This document shows positions 11,765 to 23,995 of a stretch of DNA of 64,000 nucleotides, piece after piece. The stretch is taken from assembly GCA_010093605.1 (NCBI GenBank), contig MU004187.1, forward strand, positions 1,788,882-1,852,881, in the 5' to 3' direction. Every line of letters starts with the position of its first letter. Within the stretch, counting starts at the first letter, position 1. The notes under the pieces were generated by a model. It searched no databases. It worked only from the letters and a program-made list of their open reading frames with translations, and was not told the origin of the DNA. The stretch is from Lophium mytilinum (Eukaryota). The position numbers and the translations under genes are program-made.

Positions 11765-12370
11765 ATGGTACTTCCAAGGACTCCAAATCGCAGATGCAAC
11801 GAAGCGCATTACTGACTAGACTCTCAACAGGCACCCTCAGCTACCGGAGGCAAGAAGCAGAAGAAGAAGTGGTCGAAGGGAAAGGGTACGTGAAGCCCTT
11901 TGTTAGCAGGCGGCGAACATCCAGCTTAATCGCTACCTGCCTCGAAACCGCTTTCCGCGTCGATTACCGGCGGTCAGCGATTGACTGGACATTTCTCGCC
12001 GTCTCCCAACTCCTTCCACCCCCGACTACTTGGAGGAACAACCCCGCCAACTGATATGCGATTACAGTCAAGGACAAGGCCAACCACGCCGTCGTCCTCG
12101 ATAAGTCCATCTCGGACAAGCTCCAGAAGGATGTCCAGTCCTACCGTCTCATCACCGTAGCCACCCTCGTCGACAGACTCAAGATCAACGGCTCGCTAGC
12201 CCGAAGGGCGCTCATAGATCTCGAGGAGAAGGGATTGATCAAGAAGGTCGTTGGGCACAGCAAGTTGAGCATATACAGTGAGGAGCCCTCGGGAACGCTA
12301 GCCGGCCACAGAGTAGATCTAAATGCTAATACCTTTGTTCTCAGCACGAGCCGTTGGCCCAGCGGAGTAA
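11765..12370 (+). CDS. RPS25: 40S ribosomal protein S25/eS25 (exons 11765-11767, 11831-11885, 12068-12277, 12345-12370)
   Basis: M|APSATGGKKQKKKWSKGKV|KDKANHAVVLDKSISDKLQKDVQSYRLITVATLVDRLKINGSLARRALIDLEEKGLIKKVVGHSKLSIYT|RAVGPAE*. Confidence 0.97.
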
Positions 12371-12745
12371 ACGAACATGACAACGGAAAACGGTGGATGA
12401 GATATGGGGATCGTTGGCAGGCGGTGCATGGGCCGGATTTCTTATGACTTCCTCTCGACTATCGGCGTATACGATCAACTACATTCAGCTGGAATATGAC
12501 ACTGTGATGGTGCATCTTGCTCTAGAGGGTGTGCTTTGGGCTGATAGGGAAATGCATTAGCAATGGCAATGAATTAGCATCACGCTACCACAAACTGTGC
12601 TCCTTTACAACCTCTTTACAATACGACATTTTGGAAAAATTCGGGTGAGAAGTATATATGCCGCTCGCCTATCCCGCATTTCCGCAGTGAAACCCGCCCA
12701 GAGAACCGTTTCGATGAGACCCCGAAGCCTACTAGAATTTAGCCC

Positions 12746-13820
12746 CTACTCTTTCCTAATCGGCCTCCCCTTCTTCGCCGCCTCACACAATTCCCTCTTC
12801 GGCAACTTCTCCAACCACCCACTCGGCCTCACCACCTCCCCCACCTTGAAATACTTCTTATCCTTGTCCCCTCGAAACAGCACATGCCATCCCTCCAGCG
12901 TCTTAGCCACGTTCTTCCTCGCCTGCCTGTACTCCTGCTCGCGCCGAATCTTCAGTTCACCCTTGCTCAAGTGGCGTTTCGCACTCCTCTCTACCTTGAC
13001 GGCTTTAGGCTGCGGGTCCGGTACGTGCTCGCCCTCAGGCGCGGTGGGATCATAGGTCGGGTACGGGAACTCGGAGACAGTGGCATCGGAGGCAGATGCA
13101 GACTCTTCGGGAGCGTCACGCGGCACGAACATTTCCTCGACGCCGCGGAGGTCTGCGGTTAGGTCTTCTTGGAAGCAGCCGGTAACGAAGGCGCGCGCGG
13201 CGTCGCGGCCGGCGAAGAAGTGGTAGGAGCCGCCTGGGCCGTAGCTAGATCCAGCTTTAGTGATAGTAATTGGTGCGGATGTAAATGTGGAAATTGTGTC
13301 AAATGCGGTGGGGTGTATAACTTACGTCTTTCGACCCGCTGAGACGTCGTAGATAGTGCCATTGAGGGCGATATAGACGGGTTTATTAGGGTCTGTGCCG
13401 TCGTAGGCTTCGAGCTGTTTGTCTGTTAAGCGGACCGGACCTTGCTGTGATGAAGCTATCAGTTATTGCTTAATACAGCGAGTAGGAGGAGAAAAGCAGT
13501 ATGAATAGACTTCACATCTGAGCCACGGAAATTGGGCTTAATGATTGCAGGAGTGGTAGAATATATGGATCACCTACCGTCAACGCCTTCCATTCCCCGA
13601 CCCTTAAGAACCAAGGATTCCATCCCCAAGTCATACTTGTTTTATCGGTCGACAGCCAGCTCAAGCAGCTACTCAGCAATAGCAACCCTCCTAGCACCCG
13701 CAGCACATCAAATACGCTGAGCCCACCAATATCATCCGAGCTTTTCTTCACGGTAGTCTTGGTTGACTTCGTGCCATTGCTCCTAGCTGAGGAATTAGGC
13801 ACGGAGGGGTCGGTCGCCAT
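12746..13820 (-). CDS. Cytochrome b5-like heme/steroid-binding (MAPR) membrane protein (exons 13820-13578, 13444-13326, 13244-12746)
   Basis: N-terminal TM segment, then LTDKQLEAYDGTDPNKPVYIALNGTIYDVSAGRKT|YGPGGSYHFFAGRDAARAFVTGCF, the MAPR signature. Confidence 0.92.
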
Positions 13821-14681
13821 TTTCTCAGATTGTGAGTTCGAAGCTGAGGGAAGAAGTGTGGCGATCGTATGCAGGTGGCGGCTAAGAAGCGCACGTCAGC
13901 ATCCCACGCGGTGGTGAGATCTGTAGTGAGCTGGACCGGTAGTATGCCGCTTTCGTGCTTCGATGCAGCTGGTGACGTCGTTTGCAATGTTGAACCACAG
14001 CAGAAGATCTTTACAGTGGAAGCAGTGACGGAGATGTCAGGCCTCACTGCATAGACGTATACAGTCCTCAATTTGAGCTTATCAAGACACTGCACCTTGA
14101 CGTCAGGAAACCGTGTTCTCTACGCCCAGACACCCTTGCAAATATCTGCGTCGGTCTGCGGGCCGGGTCAAATGAAGGCGGACAATTTCAGGATAGACGT
14201 TGTGACGGATAAATGCAGGGACGGCGTGAGGTTGTTTCCAACGCCCCGGGTCACCAAGAAGACAGCTCACCAGCCACGGTTCCGCCCCGCTGTTGGTGGC
14301 GGGATTTTCCGGACGGCGGATGAGCTTGTTCGGGGCAGGGATGTGGCCGGCGATCTTCCTGGGTCAGGGGCAACAGTAGTGCGTGGTTCTTAGGTTGGGG
14401 GTTTCGAGAGCGTGGGGGCAAGAGACATCACTTCTGTTGGACCCACGTTTCTCTGGGTCGTAGTCGTATCATAAGATATCGCCTTCCAGAAGTACCCTGG
14501 CTGCATTGTTTGGAGAAATGTATGGTACATGCCTATCCCTGGCCACTCCGACCCATGAAAAGTCTATGCCCTGGAATTAAACTCCAAAGCTTTCCCATCC
14601 CGCAGAAAATGCTCACAATGGAGTCTCATCTCCGTGAAACAAAAGTGACAATCATAGAGTCACTAGAAAACCTGTAGAAAT

Positions 14682-16729
14682 TCATTTCTCCCCTCGGGGA
14701 AAGACCTGCGCCAACGCCTCTTGAAAAACACCGACATTGTAATCAATCAGAGGTTTCTTGTCCGCAGGGCTGTCATCGCCCATTAAGCAGATCAGAGCCA
14801 GATATCTGCAGAGCGTCAGCTGTGCGCTCATGCGGAGGCGGAGTTACTTTGACACTTACTTGTTGATCTCCCGCAGGTAGAGATAATTGTTGCTCTTCTT
14901 CTCCAGTGTGATAAGACTTTCGGCATCATTAATGGCGTTCTCGTTATTCCCCGCTTGTGCCTCGTCGTCGCCCCTGTCCCATCCATATATCTCGCTCACG
15001 TCGACCACCACGTCGATGTAATCCGAGCATATCTCATAACTTCCAATGTCTGTCGGACTCGTGTCTGTCGCAATGTAGATTTTGCTGAGCACGTCAAAGA
15101 GATAGGCTTTCTCAATATGGCAATTTCTGATCAGACTATCGAGTAACGCTTCGAGAGTCGGCAGCTGAGGGATCAACTTCTGGATCACCTTCGAGAAGGC
15201 ATCAAATATGGAATGGTCGTAGATGCTCGTCGAGTAGAACGATACTGGCGCATTCTCGTATCCGTTATCTGAGAGTTCGTCCATCACCCGCTGGGTGATG
15301 TCTTGTATAACCTCATTCCGGAAGTCATCTGACAGGCCATCGACTTTGTGTACGAAGACCTCTACGTTGATGTTCGGATAGGTTTGATGTAGATTCAGTA
15401 TCGTAGCGTTCAGGCGCACAATCGCGTCCAGATACTCGTCTTGGGCGTCAATTACCCAAATCAGGGCGCCGATTTCATCGAAGATATTGTCCACGTCAAA
15501 GGCAGGGTCGAAATAGTCAAGATGACCAGGGAAATCCCAGACCTGGAAGTCCATGAACGAGCTATGGCTCTCGAGTCAGCACCTGACTTAGCGCGGAGGC
15601 GGTGAAGAGTCGCAGGCGGTCAGGCGGTGAAAGGTGACACTTACTGCATCGACTCTTTCTTGATCCGGGTCGTGGTTTCAAGGTACAGCGTCTCGCTTGG
15701 CGGCAGCTTATGGAAGACTACGCTCGATATAGACGACTTCCCGCTCCTTGCCACGTTCCGTAGTCAGCCACATAGAAAAACAAATGTCGGATCTCCGCGT
15801 GGTAGCCACGCGGAGGGTGGATTCTCACCTCCTCTGCCCCATCAACAGCAGCCGTGGTTTGCCATCGCCGGCTTTGTTGTTCGGTAAACGTCCGGTGTGG
15901 TAGCGTGGCTGTACGGGGCTCGGTGGTATATCGGCGTCTGGGAGGTCCTGAAGATAGCGCATCAGAGTCAATTGTGCTGCTGGTTTCAACATAGAAGAGT
16001 CCGCTGGCTGGTCATCCGCTGCCGCTGGGTCGCCATCGGGATGAGAGCGTGTCGGTGAATGCGATTGCCCGGCCATGATGATGCAAGGTGTCACAAAGTC
16101 AGACGTGATTGGAAAGCAACACGGGAGATAGGAGCGGGAAAGCGCAGAGTGAAGGTGTCAGGACAGCGCCGAGCGCCTCATCTCGACGACGAAAGAGAGG
16201 ATGATAAAGGACTGAGGGCGCAAACAGGCACCGATGGCCGACTATGACTGGGGTGACGAAACAGGCAACTCGCACGACGGCACAGCTCAACCACGGGCGC
16301 AGAGAGTGGAGGACTTGGAATGGGAGCAGAGGATTCGAGCGGCAAGAAAGGCAGCAGAGGACGCGCAGTGAGAAGTGAGGTTTTACAAGAGTGATACGCT
16401 CCGCCAGGCCGGGCTTCCTAGGTGGCGGACAGGGGCGCGATTGGGCAGCATGTCACTCGGCGTGGACACGACGGCGCGGGACGCAACAAGCAAGCTGGCA
16501 CTGGAAAGCGTGCAGGAGGCCTGGATGAGGGTGTCTGCGTGGCCAAGATAGCACTGGAGGCGTCACGGCGCAGGCCAACGGCGATCCCGGGCCCTTGGGC
16601 GTGCAGCACTCGTCTCCCACGGCGTGGCACTCAGATCGTCAGGGCATTGGCGGGCGATCCCAGCGGCAGTAGGGCTGAGCAGCGTGGTGGTGGACGGTGG
16701 GAAAAGAAAAGGTCGAGTCTTACCTCCAT
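14682..16729 (-). CDS. GTR2: Rag GTPase Gtr2/RagC-D (exons 16729-16724 proposed, 15947-15829, 15746-15645, 15561-14860, 14805-14682)
   Basis: KPRLLLMGQRR|SGKSSISSVVFHKLPPSETLYLETT, FQVWDFPGH, EVFVHKVDGLSDD, TSIYDHSIF, LFDVLSKIYIATD. The first exon is inferred from ACAAAATGGAG|GTAAGA; an alternative in-frame ATG lies near 16076. Confidence 0.93.
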
Positions 16730-18254
16730 TTTGTAGCAGGTGGCTACTTATGTGCTCGGATAGCTGCCCAAGCGCGGTTTTACTCGGCCCCTTGCGACCA
16801 GCTGGCCTAGGACAGGCTCGAGCGGTGTCGCTGCTGGTCTTGCCGTGCCCTGTAGTCGGGAGCTGACGGAAAGTGGCCCAGGAGAGGTTGAGGTCGGCAG
16901 CGAGGGGTCACGGCTGGTCGGAATGAGATGGCAGCAAAACAAGACGGGAGTCGCAGCGGGGAGAGCCTGATCCTGAGCACACAAGAAGAGGGCTTTCGGG
17001 GCAGGCTGAGGGCAGATTTTGCGCCTGGGGATGTTGTGAATGTCTCCGGTACAGGAGGAGGTTCTTGGGGTTCGCTAAAAGGCATCCATAGTTCTAGCCG
17101 CGTAGACGCGCCCATCTTCTCCCAAAACGCCTCCGTTGACAGCAAGAAGCCGGTTCTCTCCAGCCCTGCGGTGGTGTCTCTCGCGACCGCAGCGCCATGA
17201 CTCGACTGCAGCCATAAATGGGCGTCGTCTTGTGCGAGGGCTGTACCTAACGCACCGGTTCTTTTTTTCTCTCCACCAGCCTCAAAGCCCAACCTCACAG
17301 GGGCGCATGTCGTTCCCGACGCCGCGCCGGAGAGCACGGCGGCAGACTATCATCGTTCCAGCTGCGCGGATCCAGCTTCCGCCGTCCTAGACGCAGGACG
17401 CTGCATGCTCAATGCCAGGCCCCGGGCAATTATCAACCCCCATGATATCAGCGCGCCCACCGCCGTTGCTGGTTGCAGCCCGGAGCCACACACACGCGCC
17501 CACATGGAGAACGGCTACCGTTGTGGACAGCAATCGCACTGCGGAATGCTCTTCGGTACTCTGCGTTTCACTCTTGCGCACTCAGGACGATCCCTTCCAC
17601 GCTTCAACCGGTTCCACGACGCTCCCGGACGCCTGTGACAGGTCCTATACACATGCCACCCAGCGGAACTGACGTAGCTCCGTAGGTCACAAAGGAAGTG
17701 CTATCACCGTGCCAGCAACGCCATATCGAGGGCCCAGAACCGGCATATGCCTGCTGCAGCCCTGACAAGGTCCGATGACAGCATTCTCAATTTCTCACCG
17801 ATCGCTTCCTCCCACCTTCCATCGCCTGGTAGGAGGTACCTACTCATGCGCAAAGGCCGGTTGCCGCACTGGCGATAAGGACTATCGCGAAGAAAACGAG
17901 GGAGGCTCGCGTGATGACGGTCGGTTGCTTTTCTCCTCATCCCCGGTCCCGTCCCCGAGGTTAAGTGAAAAATCATCCTCGCAACTGCATGAGGGAAAAA
18001 AAGAGACTTCGACGCCATGAAACGCCACACCCGGGCGCCACACGAGGTCCGGACGATCGAGAGCGAGGACCCCAGGGAGCCTGCTAAGCCCTTGAACAAA
18101 AAGTGGTAGTCTCTGTAGATTTGATCATATCCTGCAACTCATATACTTCAAACATATTGAAATCTGCCTAACACCGCTCGAGGCCCTCTACTACGTTATC
18201 AAGAATTGCAGACCGACATTTCGGCCAAGGCTGGTGGTTCTCTGGACCACCTAG

Positions 18255-18393
18255 ACACGCTAAGCAAGAAAAAAGTGGTACACTCAAGCAAGTCAACACC
18301 GTCTGAGGTGGCCTGGAGAGCCATCAGGCTTGACAAAGCTGGTATTTCATGAGTATTAATAGCATACTGGAGGACATCTAACGGTGCTAAGCA
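18255..18393. repeat. Dispersed degenerate repeat, copy A (partner at 44497-44635), inside a stop-interrupted relic at about 18110-18600
   Basis: Ungapped 106/139 identity (hand count) to 44497-44635; TpA-rich neighbourhood suggestive of RIP. Confidence 0.8.
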
Positions 18394-19221
18394 GGTATAG
18401 AAGTAGTGGGCCTACCTCACGGACTAGTAGACTGCCAATATCTACTGCCGCTCATCTACCACGTTCTCTTATAGCTGTTCTGCCTAGCAAGTACAGTAGG
18501 CGCTCCCTGTCTGCCACTGCTTGGAGTGCCTTAACAACTTTTTATATAGCCATAGCTAAGAGGTTGTAACTACAAAAACGCATTGAAGCACTACAAGCAG
18601 TGCCAGACAGGTGTACTGAAGCCAGAATAGAGTGCCCGCATGCTGGGATCGTCTTGGACTGCCACTTTCTATTCAGAGCCTATCTGCGCCCAGAAGCCTG
18701 ACTATTACCAACCCCCATCCCTTGCCGCATTGCACCATTGTTTGCAACATCTCAAGGTCAGGATAATCAAAGTCGATACGGCCCAGAGCCAGTCACGCAA
18801 GTGTTCTCTACCTAAGACGCCCCAATCATCCCACTCGAGAAACGCCACACCCGCCAGGGTATCGTACAACCATTATAGCCCAGGGATCCAGAACATCGTA
18901 AACGCCCATCAACCTACAGGTACCTATGTTCAAGAACGCCTACTCTCGTAAAAGAGCACCATCGCAGATCCTTCTCCCCGCCCCACGGAGGGGATTGCAA
19001 TCAACCGATAGATCCCTCCACGCTCCGTCCCGTGTTGCGAACATTTATGCTATCAGTGAGTATGCTAAGGGCACGTGCGAGAGCAAATGTCTCGCAAATG
19101 ATCCGCGTCCTTTTGCCACAACTCATCCCACTCGCAGGGCCTCCACGCACCCACGTCCGGTGTTCAGCAGCTATCCGTGGGTAGAAGCTCATTTGTAACA
19201 CCAGGTCATCAAACATTCCAC

Positions 19222-21033
19222 CTAACTGCCCGCACTCTCAGCACCTAGAACAGCTGCAGCTAAACTCCCCAGTCCTCCTAGAATGTAGAGGCCCAAGCCG
19301 AGAGCCGCAGCCTCGCCATCAGCTACAAGATCATCTCCCTCAGTCGTATCGTGTTCTGTTGCAGCAATTTCGTCCTTCGTGTGCGTGCTCGGTTTGAACG
19401 AATCTTCGGAATCAGACCCTTGCTCCGAGATAGTCTTGCGTCGGGTGCTTCTCCTCAACGGCCCCGATGCGCTTCCATTTTTCTTGGAAACAGTTTCGAT
19501 CTTCTTCGGAGTACTCTCGCTCTTCTTTGGCCGACCTCTTGTCCGCTTCCCGGGAGTCTGGCTTGAAGAGGTCTCTTCAACAGGTTGCGGTGTTACCTTA
19601 TCGTCAAACGCAACGTGCTTGTCATGCTTGCCAGTGCCAAAGAGGTAGGCTAAGACACTCGAGTTCAACATCTCGTCCACGTCGAGTCCCCGTGCGAAAG
19701 CCCAGATGCACAAACTGAGTGCAGCAAGCACCACATCACAGCTCGTGGCACTCAGAGCGGGGTGCTTGCTCAGCGACTCTAGAAAGCCCGAAATAGCACT
19801 GGTAGCACGATCATAAGGCGATCGGACACCCTTGGAGTGCATGTTGTAAACGTAGTTGTATCCGGTGTAGTGCTTACTAGGCGTTTCGGCTTGGAAAGAT
19901 CGGTAAATGTCGATACCATAGAATAGAGGCGACACCCAAAAGGCAGACCGGAAGAGGCTGAGCAGATAGCGGTGGGCAGAAGTGGTGGTTTTGTGTTGAA
20001 TGCCCCAGCTGCTAGGTATCCACTAGGTAAGTTAGAATCTATTTGTTAAAACAATGGAAATGCCGTTCATGAACAGCCCGCGTAGGATATTCAGAAACTC
20101 GTTGAGTCTCTAGAACCACATTGCCTCTTGAAGATACGTGTTATCTCCTAAAACGCTCTGAAAGAAATCGGCTTACCTCCATAGCCGTCGCCAAATATAT
20201 AGGCAGAACAAAATACCAAATGCGCAAGGAGGTTCTATACTCAAAAGCCAAGGACACGAATGACAGTACCAGTGGAAGTCTGTACAAAGCTCTGCTCGGC
20301 GTCCACAGTGGGTCTCGACGCGGCGGTAAGGCACGATACAGCGGGATCGGGGTGTAGATCATGGCCAGGAAGAAAAGGTTCAGAGCATAGCTGAGACTGC
20401 ATATCTGGCTCAGGAGAACGAAAGAGACGGTCGTTGATACCGGTAAGTTGCGTCTGTGACCTGAATGCCACGTAAGAATTAGCGGTCTCCCCTTTTCGGC
20501 TTTCCGAGCTCCGCGGTCTGTTACTCGTTCCACTTACCTTCAATACCCATAAACAAGCCCGCGACAGCTTGTCCGAATAACTCCTGGTCTACCCAGAATG
20601 CCCCTGACGGCACTGTCAGCCCTAGATGTTCCGCCTCTTTCAGGTACCCCACGTCCTGGAGCCAGGACCCGAGATACCACCTCTCCGCATCGTCACTCGA
20701 AGCTCCCGTGCCGTACCAGCTAGTCCAAATGCCGCCAGGAATATTGAATCTGCCCTCCTGGGCCCAGGTGAGATAGCTTACGATGCGCCATGTTGCGGTA
20801 CAATACGTGACGGTTGCCAAAGAAAGCACCGCAAGTGTCGCGAAGACTGCGACTTGGCGCATGCGACTGGTCTGCTGCGCACGCGTTGAAGATGGCGGTG
20901 GAAGCGTGCGCGCGGCGCGACGAATAGTGCGGAGGACGACAACCGTGAGCGACGCGATGAGGGCTATCTGCGTGCTGAAGATAGCGATTGGGAGGGTATT
21001 AGAAGTGCGGACATCGGGCTCCACAGGCGCCAT
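19222..21033 (-). CDS. Multi-pass membrane protein with a basic AT-hook-like loop (exons 21033-20537, 20460-20177, 20022-19222)
   Basis: Three ORF fragments joined in phase by GTAAG..CTAAY..AG introns; many hydrophobic segments; KRTRGRPKK motif before a C-terminal TM segment. Confidence 0.8.
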
Positions 21034-21388
21034 GGTCGTGATGGATGGTGGGCGCTGTCGATCGCGTGTATCGTAGATATAATCTGATGTGACAGTTGGT
21101 CCCTTCTACGGTTGCTCAGCGAAGTTGATAGAGGGTACACGGCCCGTAGGAGCTATCGCATGCCGAGGGAGTCAAGATGAAAGGTCGCGTGTGTGCGTGT
21201 TTCTTGGAATGTCGTGTTTGTTATTTATTGTGACCCAGGTGACGTTTGGAACCCCGCGGCTATCAGCTCCACACTTCCAAGGTTCCAGGTCCAGCCTTGC
21301 CAAGAGCCACTAGCTGCTCCACAATAAAGCCCTCTCAACACCAAAGCCGCCCATATCGTGGGCTAGTCCCCCATCAAGCCATCGAAGC

Positions 21389-22155
21389 ATGTATCACCTC
21401 GTCAAGGGCCTATATCTCTACGCCACTAGCAAAGAAGGTATCGCCAAATTCCTACTCACATTCCACTCAATCCTAAACCCTTCAATACCCTCTCTCTCCC
21501 TCAATAACCCTAATCTCACATTACCACAGAATACTCCATCCTCCTCCTTGGCCTCGACAACGCCGGCAAAACCACCCTCCTCGAACAGATCAAAGCCGCA
21601 TACACCTCGACCGCCTCCTCCACAGGGCCAAACCTCAAAACCGTCCCGACAGTCGGCCAAAACGTCTCCACCATCTCCCTCACCGAACCTCCGCTGTACC
21701 TCAAAGTCTGGGACGTCGGCGGCCAGCACGCGCTGCGCGGGCTGTGGCAGAGCTACTACGCCTCCTGCCACGCCATCGTCTTCGTGATCGACAGCACGGA
21801 TGTCGGCGACGCGGATATAGCGTCTCTGGGGGCGGGGACGGCCGAGGATGGTGAGAAAGGGCGGTTGGAGGAGTGTCGGAAGGTGTTGGAGAGTGTGTTG
21901 CAGAACGAGGATACGGAGGGAGTACCGTTGCTTGTGTTAGCGAATAAGCAGGATCGGGAGGATTGTGTCGAGGTGGTGAGGATCAAGGAAGGGTTGGTGA
22001 GGAAGGTATTTGAGGGGGAGAGTGGGGGGAGCGTGCGGGATAGTAGGGTCTTGCCGTGTAGTGCGCTCACCGGGACGGGCGTGCAGGAGGCGGTGGAGTG
22101 GTTGTGCAGTCGGGTGAGGTGGAATAAGGAGGCTAGGCCGCCGGTTATGCGGTAG
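21389..22155 (+). CDS. ARL3: ARF-like GTPase Arl3/ARFRP1 (exons 21389-21437, 21530-22155)
   Basis: MYHLVKGLYLYATSKEE|YSILLLGLDNAGKTTLLEQIK...TVPTVGQNV...WDVGGQ...LANKQD...CSALTG. The MY start without Gly2 is typical of Arl3/ARFRP1. Confidence 0.95.
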
Positions 22156-23995
22156 TTTGTGGGCATGCGCTTGGGGAGAGAGATATGTTAAAACTCGCGG
22201 GACTTTCCAAGATCACGGTTTGACTCATATCGTTACATATGGTATGAAGTTTCACATGGAACTCTTAGAAAGAGGAGGATATTGCATTAGAGCGAGGTTG
22301 ATAGGTTAGCTGAATACCCCAAAGAATATCATGTCATAACTGCTCAGCCGCTCAACTTTTTTCGACTTTGGTGTTGACATCCAGAGGCATGCAAATTAGA
22401 CCGCAAATCTACGTGGAAATCCTGGGGCTGATATTGGAGGTAAAATCCACGGCGTTGAGAGTGTCGAAAATGACACCGGCGTTGCTTCGAGCCGGGAGGA
22501 GAATGAAACGTGACGCAGAATACTCCAATTCACATCCTCGGTAACCCACCGTGTATAGGTAGTGTCGAGGGAGAGCACATGCCAATTGAACATTTCATCA
22601 TAGCCGCTCCTTAGACCCCCGAGAAGCCTAGAAATCTCCCCCAAATCAAACGGTGTCTGAAGCAGACCGTAACAGCCACCAACACCCGAACGGAGCTTCT
22701 CAAAGAACATCCAATAAGTAACAATTCAACCCATCCTATCAACCTCGCCGTCTCGCAATAGATAAACTCGCAAGGCACACCAATCCCCAACCAGACCCCT
22801 CAATAAACCCACCCCTCCAATCGCCATCATGATCGCCCACCCCCCTCCCATCTCAGGGTCCAACCACCGGCGCTAACTTCAGACCAGGGATTCCTCAACA
22901 CCAACCCGCCCGCTGCATCAGGCAGGTTGCATCGCGCACCCTCAAGCACGTTATCGTATTGGCCTACGTCACCAATCCTCGCCAGCCAAGCGCATTGCGA
23001 TCATATACCCCAGGTTTCTCCGATATACAAACCAGCTACACGAGTATTCTAACGGGGTATCACAACGACGTGGCAAAAATCCCAAGTATTCCTAGGGTAC
23101 TGATGTTAGAAACGGGCCGAATACCTGCTTGTGCTGGCAAAGTGGGCACGACATGGATGAGCTTCTACGGCTTTCCAAGACAGAGCCGAAAAACTTGGAA
23201 AAAGGCCTACTGTATACCCCTGACCTCGATTGTATTGATTCTACCAGGAACCAGGATGTAGAAAAAAACGATCGCTCCCGCAAAAACTCCGTCGCCGCCC
23301 AGCGCTTTGGCCGACCCCATCAATAAAACAACGACAAGAAAAGAGTCACCACAACGGTGCACGGCTTTGCTTCGCAGAAAAAGGTGATTTTGCTTGTTTC
23401 CAAGATTCGGTTTGTTTAATTAGAGAGGATAGGGGGGAAGCTTTTTATTGCAAAAAAAGACCTCCCCCCTTAGACAAGACACTTTGATACTTTAGGCCCT
23501 GCCCTTTCGCAGTTTTCTCTAAGCGCAGCAAAAGAAGAAAAGAGTAAAGGGAGAGGGCCGACCGACCATAGTAGCATGTGCAACACGATAATTTGAAAAG
23601 AGAGAAAATGAGCAAGAAAAACCGCCTGACAGAATGTGCCCAATGGAATACACAGACAACAGTGATAATGACCCGGAGATAGAAAATCCGTCTCGATGTG
23701 GCCGCTTCTTCTTCTTCCCCCGCTTCTTCCCCCTCCCGCGTTGCTACGCTGCCCGCTTCAGATGCAAACATGTCCGTTCCCGACTGTTACGCTGTTACGC
23801 TCGCTATGGAAGATAGAAAAGAAACTTCCTTTCCGCTCGCAGATCCTAAAAGTGAGAAAGCAACCCATCGTAACCAGAAATGGAACAAAGGTAAGGGTGA
23901 ACTCGTAAATGCTGCTTGCTTCAACCCAAAGTGAAGAGAGAGGTAGAGAGTTCTTTCACCAAGACGCCAGAATTTCCAGGTGGAATGCATGATCA

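Noticed and set aside
14073..14470. GC-rich stretch considered as structured ncRNA (RNase P/MRP, SRP, telomerase RNA)
   Set aside because: None of the diagnostic conserved motifs or a telomeric template could be located; needs an Rfam scan.
16398..16417. Possible 20-nt cassette exon inside GTR2 intron 1
   Set aside because: Weak donor (GTATCA) and branch point; frame-breaking; no support without RNA data.
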